From Lama glama (Eukaryota), in contig CM052817.1 in NCBI GenBank assembly GCA_028534125.1, positions 58,096,001-58,160,000 of the forward strand: a DNA stretch of 64,000 nucleotides, in the 5' to 3' direction. The notes under the pieces were generated by a model. It ran no database searches, had not been told where the DNA came from, and saw only the letters and a list, made by a program, of their open reading frames with translations. Below, piece after piece: positions 53,786-64,000 of the stretch. Numbering within the stretch: the first letter of the stretch is position 1; every line of letters starts with the position of its first letter. A program made the position numbers and the translations under genes.

Positions 53786-55067
53786 ATATTTCTTTACCTA
53801 TCTTCTTCCATCTTTGCTCTCTACTCCTCATCTTCAACCCATCTCAAGAGAAAAATGGAAGAGAAAGGATATGGAGAATATTTAAGAAAGAAGGAAGAAA
53901 AAAAGCAAAACAGTGAGGCAGAGGAAGAGGTGCAGGAGAGGGGCTTAATTTGCCTTTCCCATGGCTTTAAAGAACTCTTCAGTTTAATTTCCCTTGAATG
54001 AAACATCAAAAGGTAACGTTTTGATTAAAAAAATAGGTTTCCCAGTAGTGTTAGTCCTTACCAGTATGTGAATTGGAAGACTCTGTGATAGCTCCAGATT
54101 TAATGATAATAGAAAGAGTCTGGACTGGTGCAGAAGACAGAGCTGGTGAGTCAGTTGACTGTCTTTATCTGTCTTTCTCTACTTCCCCTAGTCCTCTGAG
54201 ACTGAAAGAAAGGAGAATTTCATACAGGAGGTTACTTGGTAAACATCTAAGTGTCGGACCGAGAAAGGATGGGGGTTTGAGTCACAGGATTTGGAATTAA
54301 ATAAGGGATCATGTGACAATAACTAGTTATTTGTTTATAGAGTCTGTGCACACAGTATATCTTAAATCTGTTAATTAGCCTAGAGGAAAAGAGGAATGAT
54401 GATGGTTAGATATTTTGGAGTTAAAAGACTTTTATGTTAATGTTAGAAAAAAATGCTAAAGATGACTTTAGTTATGTACCACAAATAAATTGTTTTGTTT
54501 CATGTTTTTTTTGATTTGAGGATGGAATTGAGTTGCCTTTGTCTGTTATTAAATTTGGCTTCTCGTAGTTTAGAAAATAAGGGTTATAGTTTTCAAACAT
54601 TAAGAATATATTTGCCTTTAATTTGATTCACTTTATTTGACCTAAAAGGAATAGCAATCAGATTATCTATGATTATGATGAATGGAATTTTCTAGGAAGT
54701 GAAATTAGTTCAATGAGAGCAGTTATTGTTTTTCATTGTTGTTAGCTCAGAAGTAGAGCCAGTCTTTCTGCTGTTCTTCACAGACGTCTCTTAGATATTA
54801 TAGTCAATTTGCCTTACCCAGAGGTTTCAGGATAAATTGTTATACTGTCAAGAAAGGTACATGTGGATAATGATGAAAGGCTTTGGTAAAAATCACAATG
54901 TCTGAGGCTGATTTTTCAGGAAAAGAATTGACTATTTAATCTTCTCTCATTCAGGCAATTGTGTACAATCAAGTATCATTGGATAATTTTTAGTAAAACT
55001 TGTTCACTTTCATTTTGGAAAGGAAAATTTGAGGAAGCAATATAAGCTCAGAGGAAAGATGAACTTT

Positions 55068-55520
55068 AAAAATTTTTTTAAGACTCAATTTTTTTAGAGC
55101 AGATTTAGGCGTACAATAAAATTGAGAAGAAGGTGAGGAGACTTCCCAGACACCCTCTGCCCCCACACATGGGTAGCCTCTCCATTATCAACACGACACA
55201 CCAAAGTGGATGGTTTTACCTAGGATGAACCTATACTGACACATCAATCATAATCACCCAAAGTGTGTAGTTTACCTAAGAGGTCACTCTTGTTGTTGTA
55301 CATTCAGCGGGTTTAGACAAATGTGTAATGACTTATATCCATCAGTATAATATCATACAGGGTATTTTCCCTTCCTTAAAAATCTGTGCTCTGCCCATTC
55401 ATCATTCCTACCTGGCCACCACTGATCATTTATTGTCTTAATAGTTTTGCCTTTTCCAGAATGTCATATAGGTGGAATCATACAGAATATAGCCTTCTCA
55501 GATTGGCATCTTTCACTTAG
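55068..55520 (-). mobile_element. L1MC1-like 3' end, 5'-truncated
   Basis: TTTTTTAGAGCAGATTTAGG...GATGAACCTATACTGACACATC...GCCTTTTCCAGAATGTCATATAG, with degenerate TSD GAAAGATGAACTTT / GAAAGACTGACTTT. Confidence 0.9.
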
Positions 55521-56188
55521 AAAGACTGACTTTTGAAAGAGTAAATCTACACCTAACACTTTGATGAAATATTCATTTAATACCCTTGTCTGGACAGAAG
55601 ATTACATTCATCACTGACGTATGAATGGAAGAACATGTTCTAAAAATGGGTTTCGTAAGTGAGGGTATTAACTTTCTTTTTACTGATATTTGCTTTAATA
55701 AAAATTATATTTAATTAAATTATATTTTCTTTTAAATAAACTGAAGTGAAGGAAATCCATTTATAATTAAACAGAGAAAAATACTTTATTTTTTTAAATG
55801 CTCCTCTCCCCTTTCTCTGTTTTATATCCTCAGTTTTCTCAATTGGTATAATAGTAAAAGAAAAACATAAAATAGAATTTTCCTATTTATTAGTATTCTG
55901 AAATAGGAGATTTCTGAAAAATTATTGGTGGATCTCAAAGAAGTGTTTATGACATCTGAGATGATGCCGAATCAAATATTCAGTAGTCTTTGTGAGCAAA
56001 ATTACACAGTAGATGGTTTGTCTTAATTTCCCTTGTTGGAGTTCCTCCCCAGTTGTATGATTCCTTTGTTCCTGCGGCCTCCAACACACATACACACACA
56101 CAATCCACCCCGTGTCCTGTCTTAACCATCTAATAGGGATAATAACTAATGGCTTACTATGGGTGTAAACTGATAATGGTTTAGGCGC

Positions 56189-56656
56189 TGTCAGAGAAAA
56201 ACCAGAGCTGGACAGTAGTTGAATCGGTAAAAACAAAAATAGATTTTATTCAGATCTGTTGCAGTAAGGGTAAGGATATGTCAGTATAGAACTGGGCTCA
56301 ATTCTGAATACTGCAAGGAAAAATGGAGATTTTTTTAGTGAAGGAGTTGGGTGGGGTCAGTGGGTGGAACATTGCTAAGTTGAAACATGAGGGACGAGGG
56401 GATCTAGCTAAACTGACTTAACAGGATTCTTGATGATCAGGCCAGAATGATCAGATGCTCCCCTGGAGGATGAGGAATCTGATTGGATATTGAGGGTGAT
56501 TAGATATTGAGGGTGATCAGATACTGAAGATGTGGGTTCTGGTTAAACTGATTTAACAGAGTTCTTTTGAAACTCAATTTACAAGGACGTGTACAGATGG
56601 GCCTATGAGAAGGTTCAGGAGTCTGACCAAAGTTTGATTAAGCAAAGAATCTATCA
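56189..56656 (-). mobile_element. ERV1 solo LTR (MER31-like), full length
   Basis: TG...CA ends, internal GATATTGAGGGTGAT tandem units, and GAGAAGGTTCAGGAGTCTGACCAAAGTTTGATTAAGCA near the end. Flanks are GCGC and GTAC. Confidence 0.88.
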
Positions 56657-56830
56657 GTACAAAGTGTATGGTGATTTATTTGCATTTTAGAGAAGAAAAA
56701 ATGTGGAGAGGTTGGAAGATGAGATTAGAATGATAATCTCATAGTGCAGTTAACTCTGGGTGAAAACCTTTCAAAATTACCTTTCCTACCAAGGATGTCA
56801 ATGCTGTTCTCCTACTCTGTGTAATGTGCT

Positions 56831-56862
56831 TGCATGCACGTGTGTGCACGCACACACACACA
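56831..56862. repeat. Alternating purine-pyrimidine tract
   Basis: TGCATGCACGTGTGTGCACGCACACACACACA. Confidence 0.85.
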
Positions 56863-58646
56863 GGCATGTGATAGTGGAATGAATAACGAATAACGAACTT
56901 TTGTAAAGGTACTCACCCAGCTGTACCACTATTCTGACTTGAGCTTTTTCACTAACTAGATTTTTAACCCTCAAAGGCAGCCTTTGCCAAACTGTACATG
57001 TTGTCATAAGGACAACACTAGAAAGTATTGTAAATTAAGTTCTGCTCTGTTGTCACAATGGGGCAGTGTCAAGCACAATTTCATTTTATTTCAAACCATT
57101 TATTTGAAGGATATTTTCACACACATCTGAATGGTACCTTCCTTTTCAGGGTAATTGTTTATTAATTTGAGAAACTGTATGTAGATTTTTACCTGTATGA
57201 TACCAAGTTACCAGATAAAGGTGGACAAGTCAGTAAATAACACTTTAAAATTGTAAAACTGTGTGTGTTGTTTGTACCTCCATCTAGAAGACGAACATCA
57301 TAAAGCACATCTGAAGAGAAACATCTCCCCAGTGACTGCTGTGTGCCTGAAATACCCAGTTCTAGTCTACAAACGGCACATAGGGGTAGAAGTCCTGTGA
57401 CATTGTGCACATCTCTTGAAACCAGTAAGACATTTAGACATGCCTATAAAGTAATGTGTTCATGCATATTTGATTATTACATTAATTGTCACATTAGAAA
57501 GTAGAAAGCAGGACGCTGAGGGAATAAGACATGGGATGTGAGGCTTTCTTTGGAAGAGAAACACAATAACTGGCCAGTCCTATAGCACATTGATCTAGGT
57601 CAGTAACCCCTGCTGGGAGTTGACAAAAAGATTTAGCACCAAGGAACAAATTTCCAAGTAATAACAAAATGATTTGTGGAAATGTTTCAAGATCTAACTT
57701 TAACTTTGTAATTGTTCATTTTTTTTTAGAGAGCGGGTACTCTTTGTACCCAGATGTCTGTTTATTTAAAGATACTGTTGAAGTATGAGAATTAGAGGAA
57801 CTTGGCAATAGAACCTTTGGACAAATAATATTGTGAAGAGACAGTGCAGTAGACTGAAGCCTTATGAGTATTGTGTTGAAGCATTTTATTAATTGAGTAA
57901 AAGCGGAAGATTTCTGTGCTTTTGATATCTAGCTCTAATTAACTGCAGGAAAAGTCAAAGCTGTAAAATTGTTTTGAACCTAAGCAAGTAAAACTCTTGC
58001 TCTGTCTGCCAAGGGTATGTCATTCCTGATGTAGTTTCTGGACTCCTGGGATGAGAAGTGTAAACAGTGAAAAGGAATCACAATAAGGCGATCTGTCTTT
58101 TCAGTGCAGTTGGGTGGGGCACAGTGAGGGCAGAGGGAGGGGAGGAAGCAGGAATGAGCAGGGGAAATGAGGCTTAGACGCCTAAAAGGAGGATGTGCTT
58201 TACATTCCAGGCTGAAGTGCTACTTCAGTTACTGCTGTAGTTCTGAATTTTTCACATAAGTTAGGACAGAAGAAAGCAGCAATTCTTGTTTTTGTGCCAC
58301 AGGGTCCTTATTTTCTAGGGTTTGAATGTGAATTTGAAGTTTATTGGCCTAGTGGGTAGGAGTGAGGATAAACAGCATCAGTTTGTAACCTGACCTGAGG
58401 ACAATACTCACCTGAGTGTCACTCACTGTGACATCTCCAGCACCATTCAAGCTGTCTGGATCAAGGTTGGCCGTCAAGCAGTATGGAGTGAAGGACTGAC
58501 CTGAAGGGCATCTTCACACTGTCACAGTTTGTTCAGATTAGGAATCTCCAACCTTTTGTCAAGAGAAACTGCTTTTAAATTTTGTGAAGCCTTGATTTAA
58601 ACATGCATTCATTCAACAAACATTTTCTGAGGACCTCCTATGCATT

Positions 58647-61143
58647 TTTCTATTGAGATATAATTGACATATAACATTGTGTAGGTTTAAGTTGCACAGT
58701 GGTGTTGGTTTAAAACATTTATAAGATGATTATCACCTTAGGGTTACTTAACATCTCTATCATGCCACATGTATGTTATTTCCTTTTTGTGGTGAGAACA
58801 ATTAAGATTTAATCTCTAAGCAGCTTTGAAGTATATGATACAATATTGTTGACTGTGCTGTGCAGTAGATCTTCAGAACTTACATATGTCCATATTGTAA
58901 GTTAGTGCCCTTTAAGAACATCTGCCTAATGTTCCCAGCCCTCAGACCCTGGTAATCACCACTCCACTTTTGGTTTTCATGAGTTTAGCATTTTTAGATT
59001 CCATATGTAAGTGATATCATATAGCATTTTTTTCTCTTACTTATCTCACTTAACATAATACTCTCAAAGTCCATCCATGTCATACAAATGGCAGGATTTC
59101 CTTCTTTCTCATGGCTGATAATATTCCACTCTGTGTGTGTGTGTCTGTCTGATCTCCTTTATCCATTTATCCCCATTGGACATTTAGGTTGATTCCATAT
59201 TTTGGCCATTGTGAATAATGCTGCTATGAACTGGGATGTGCAGTTATCTCTTCCAGATACTGACTTCAGTTCCTTTAGATATATGCTCAGGAGTAGGATT
59301 ACTGGATCATATGGTGGATCAATTTTTACTTTTTTAGGAACCGCCATACTGTCTTCTTTAATAGCTGTACCATTTTATAGTTGTATGAACAATGTATAAG
59401 AGCTCCTTTCTCCATGTCCTTGCCAGCATCTATTATCTTTTGTCTTTTTAGTGATAGCCATCCTAACAGGTATGAGGTGATATCTCATTGTGGTTTTGAT
59501 TTGCATTTCCCAGATGATTAGTGATATTGATCATGTTTTCATATTACCCATTGGCCGATTATATGTCTTCTTTAGAATAATGTTTATTTGGGTCATTTGC
59601 TCATTTTTAACTGGAAAATTTGCAAAAAGTTTTTGCTATTGAGTTGTATGAATTTTTCATATATTTTGAATGTTAACCCCTTATCAGATACATGATTTGT
59701 GAATATTTTCTCCCATTTTGTAGGTTGCCTTTTCAATTTGATTGTTTCCTTTGCCATACAGAAGCTCTTTAGTTTAATGTAGTCCTGCTTGCTTATTTTA
59801 GTTTTTATTGCCTGTGCTTTTGGTACCTTTTCTAAGAAATCACTGCCACGGCTAATGTTAGGGATCTTTTCTCCTATGTGTTCTTCTAGAAGTTTTACAG
59901 ATTCTGTTCTTTCATTTAAACCTTTGATCCATTTCAAGTTATTTTTTTGTGAGTTGTGTAAGATAGGGGTCCAGTTTCATTCTTTAACATATGGATATCT
60001 AGTTTTCCAAACACCAAGTAAGAGACCTTCCTTTTCCCATTGTGTGTTTTTGTCACCCTTGTGAAAACTTATTTGACCATACATGTATATATAGGTGTAT
60101 GTCTGGACTCTATTCTGTTCCACTAGTCTATGTGCCTGTTTTTATGCCAGCGCCATGCTGTTTTGATCACTATAGCTTTGTAATATAGATTGAAATCAGG
60201 TGGTGTATCGCCTCTAGTTTTGTTCTTTCTCAGGATTACTTTAGCTATTCATGGTATTTTGTAGTTATCAACACATTTTAGGATATATTTTTTCTATTTT
60301 TGTGAAAAATGCCATTGGGATTTTGATTAGAATTGCTTTGAATCTGTAGATATCTTTGGGTAGCATTATGGGTATTTTCACATTATGAGTTTTTCCAATT
60401 CAAGAACATGGGATATCTCTTCAGTTACTTGTGTCTTCTTTAATCTATTTCATCAGTATCTTAGAGTTTTCATTTTTCAGATATTTTTTTCCTCCTTTGT
60501 TAAATTGATTCCTAAATTATCTCACTGATTTAAATGCTATTGCAAATGGGATTGTTTTCTTAATTTCTTTTTCAGATAACTTTTTGTTAGGGTTTAGAGA
60601 TGCAACCAATTTCTGTATATTGACTTTGTATCCTGAACCTTTACTGAATGCATTTATTAGTTCTAACAGTTTTTAAGTGGCGTATTTAGGATTTTCCGTA
60701 TGTAAGATCTTGTCATCAGCAATAATTTTACTTCTTTTTTTCTGATATGGATGCCTTTTATTCTTTTTTCTTGCCAAACTGCTCTAGGTAGGACTTCTAG
60801 TACAATGCTGAATAGAAATGGCAACAGTGAGCATCCCTTTTTTGTTCCTGAACATAGAGAAAAGGATCTTAAATTTACCATTGAGTTTGATGTTAGCTGT
60901 AAGCTTTTCATTTATGGCCTTTATTATGTTGAGGAACATTTCTTTTATACCCAATTTGTTGAGCTTTTTCTTTTTTAATATTGAAAGGATGTATTTTATC
61001 AAATGCTTCTTCTGCATCTATTGAGATGACCTATGATTTTTATTTTTCATTCTGTTAATGTGATGTATCATATTTATTGATTTCTGTATGTTGATGTATC
61101 CTTGCATCCCTGGGATAAGTCCCACTTGATCATGGTGACTGAT
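58647..61143 (-). mobile_element. L1MA9-like 2.5-kb 5'-truncated L1 with decayed ORF2 (RT to C-terminus), inserted into an L2
   Basis: The ORF track gives ORF2p pieces (KWIKGLN...IKLKSFCMAKET...[43 protein letters not shown]) split by frameshifts. Degenerate TSD CCTCCTATGCATT / CTTCCTATATATT. L2 sequence lies on both sides (~58600-58645 and ~61190-61480). Confidence 0.95.
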
Positions 61144-63881
61144 CTTCCTATATATTAATGATTAATTTTTTTTCTGGCAGCTTGCTGTGATATAGATAAA
61201 ATCTGTGTTAGCTACTGAAGATAAAACAGTGACCATATTCTCATGATATCTCCCCTAGATGATTGCTGTAATGGCAAACTAATCATTTTTAAATGTTGAT
61301 CTCGATACACACCTTGACAAAAGAAATCCGATGTACAGTGTGGGTACACGATGAACAGAGGAGCACATTTGCCTTGTGATTAGGGAAAGCATCTCAGAGA
61401 ACAGGAAGTCTGAGACCTAAAGAAAGTTGGGGAGCTGATTATAAAGTACTGAGGAGGAAATACTGACAGAAGAGAGACTGTGCTGTTTGTACTTTCTTCC
61501 ATTATAAGGTACTCTCTAAATCTCAAGAGGGAAGATGTTAAATAATGTCCCTCAGTCATCAGGCAAAGTTTTAGTTTTGTTCAATGGACTGGATTATACA
61601 TGCTTATAATATATAAATCTCCCTATTGAAAATGTCTAAATGATTCTTGGTAATTGAATGTGTACTTTAAAATAGTGTGCTTTATACCATTTCAAGGAAG
61701 AGAGGCATTATTACTGATGGAAGACATTCTGTTTTCACAAAGGATTATTGCATTCCTCCTTGTGGAGGCAAGCCTCATACAGATTACATGATCTTTTGCG
61801 GTGGCAGATGTTCAGTGTGTTTGCTGAGTTGAATTGCAGCTTATATTGTGCCATATTAGGTTCCTTACAATTAGGCATTTTCACATTGAGTTGCAAAATT
61901 ACCCATTTCCAAGGAATATATGAATTCAGTAGCTCTCAACTATCTTACATATCTAGAAGTAGAACAGACCAATGAATCCTGGATGTTCATCACCAAGAAA
62001 TAATCTGTTTAGGGCACTGTCTTTAGGCAAATATTATCATCTCTACTTCAGAGATGATTCAGCTAAAAGATTAAAGGACTTGCTCAGAGTCCTACAGCAC
62101 CCTTCATATTTTTATATGGCGTTTCTATCACAAAGTAAAAATGCTTACCGTCTTCCTCAAGGAATATGTGTCAGGGAGCTATACTCCTGTGGGGTAAGTT
62201 TAAATTATTTCTACATGTCTTGCAGGAAGTCAGTGGCACAGCTGTATATAAAACCTAAGACATTTGACCCTGGGTAACTTTGAACTTTTCTCTTAGTATC
62301 AAAAGCAAACATTGTGAGTCATTTTAGTATAAATCAGTGTCTTTCTGAAACCTTCGAGAGAGAAAAGGTGTCACAGATCATAAAATATGAAATAGAAACC
62401 ATGAGTGAGTGAACTGCTTCCTAGTCTTTAGAATAGTTGAAGTATTTATCCTTTAACAATATAAAAATTACACATATACATAGAACTGTCATTAGGAAAT
62501 CCATATTTTGAATATTCTTGGAAGCCTTATCAGAAGTTTGGTTTCTTTAGGGGTTTCTCATCTATCCTAAGAATCTCTGATTTGTCTTCATGTGAGGATA
62601 TAGGCAGAACGGCAAAGTTTGCTTTTTTGTTTTCTGTTTTTGCTGTTTTTCACTTCTCTCATCCTCTGTTGCTTTGTATCCTCAAAGCACAACTTTGCAG
62701 CATGAGATTTCCTCATTTTCCTTCTCATGGTGCACCAGAAGCCTCTTTTGTGTGGTAGATAAAGTCTACAGGCCGAGCACCTACTCTTTCTTTGTATCTC
62801 TTTCTGCATCCTTTTCCCCTTCTCTTTGCTCTGATAATCCAATAAATTAATATTCCTTACAGTTTTACTGACTGCTAATAGATAAATGCATCTTAATGAC
62901 TGTTAATGGCTTAATCTGCAACACCTCCTGGGTAAAATATTTGCATTTTAAAAGGGCTTTTTACAATCATAACCTTATTTAAATAGATGGCTCAGTGTGA
63001 GAATCTAAAACTTGTTGACAGATCACTAGGGAGAAGCACCATTTTAGATTTTTTTACATTTTAACATCTCTCAGAACAAAGATACAGTCTCAAAATTGGT
63101 GTGATAAGACGCTCACTCATAGGATAATTGGAAGCATTCTTTTTTCATTCTTAGTGATGTGTAAAATAACATGTCTTGATATGAATGATGTTTTAGATTT
63201 GATGAAATATGGTAGCTATATATTGCCACCCTTCAAACTATGCCCTGTGGTAGGTGGTAACAACCTCCCTTATTACACTTCACTCTCACAAACTCACTCC
63301 TACGTAAACTGAGTACACATAAATAAACAAATATTCCTGCACCACTAGACTTTGGACATTTCTTAATTGGCTTCTGTAGAAGCTTCAGTTAAATTTGAGA
63401 GTATTTTATGTTTTTTTGGCCATATTAAGGAAGTTTCACAAACTTGGTTTAAGAACGTTTCTAAGAAATCTGCACTGAAAGTGATATTTTTATTTATGAC
63501 ATTCATTTGCTATTTTTAAAAGTGTCTTTTATAATACTTTGATTCCTTTTGTTCTGTCTCACTTTGCTTTGAGAGAGAAGTGATAAATATGAGTAAATAC
63601 CGTGGATGAATATAGTGTCTTGAAGGACTGGCTATCCTTTCAAAGATGAAAAGGCTTTGTATCTGTAATTACTGATCATGTGATACACAATTTCAAATAA
63701 AAGAGTGTCGTTCTTTCTTTTTGGAAGACATTAGAAACAATTGCAGAATAAAAAGCAAGCTCATCAACAACAAAAAAATCAGTCAGAAAATTGGCTAAAA
63801 TTCAGCTCTTTGTGCTCTTGAGACTGAAAGCTGTAGCTGAAAGAAAGCTCTCCAATTTTCTACCATGCAAATCCATTGCTT

Positions 63882-63915
63882 CTTTTAGATTGGTTTACTT
63901 TTAGATTGGTTTACT
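63882..63915. repeat. Perfect 16-bp tandem duplication
   Basis: CTTTTAGATTGGTTTA twice, followed by CT. Confidence 0.95.
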
Positions 63916-64000
63916 CTTTTGAAGCAGTTAAGTAGTAGCATTACTTCCAAGAAAAATATTTATTTAAATAATTCTTTGCAAATTCTGCTAATTTATTCTT

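Larger units (their letters stand above)
12026..64000 (+). other. CCSER1: First intron (continues past the window end)
   Basis: Begins with GT after the exon-1 donor. No recognisable coding exon follows in 52 kb of repeat-rich AT-rich sequence. Confidence 0.6.

Noticed and set aside
56484..56530. Short tandem array GATATTGAGGGTGAT, superficially CRISPR-like
   Set aside because: It has no unique spacers and is an internal repeat of the MER31-like LTR in a mammalian genome.
59159..61024. ORFs with reverse-transcriptase similarity
   Set aside because: Frameshifted fragments of a dead 5'-truncated L1 ORF2, not a functional gene.

Overview
This is mammalian, AT-rich and almost entirely non-coding DNA. 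It is probably cetartiodactyl or camelid, judged from the 3' end of the youngest L1 and from finding no Alu, B1, Bov or PRE SINEs. About 11.5 kb of repeat-rich upstream sequence leads into a CpG-island promoter (~11.4-13.0 kb) with a canonical TATA box. A non-coding first exon on the + strand follows, ending at a splice donor near 12025, and then more than 50 kb of first intron. From memory, the exon resembles the 5' UTR of human CCSER1 (FAM190A); I could not verify this by search. No protein-coding exon is recognisable, and the only ORFs with protein homology are decayed L1 ORF2 pieces. The rest is fossil MIR, L2, CR1, L1, MaLR/ERV LTRs and a MER5A; repeat family names come from recalled consensus sequences and most boundaries are approximate. 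The best findings are (1) a poly(A)-tailed, TSD-flanked ERV U3-R copy apparently mobilised by L1, (2) a tailless retrocopy of a 5' tRNA-Gly half with a perfect 16-bp TSD, (3) a single 24-codon uORF in exon 1, and (4) a permuted pair of short repeats that looks like a templated-insertion scar. I see no evidence of a wholly new biological system.
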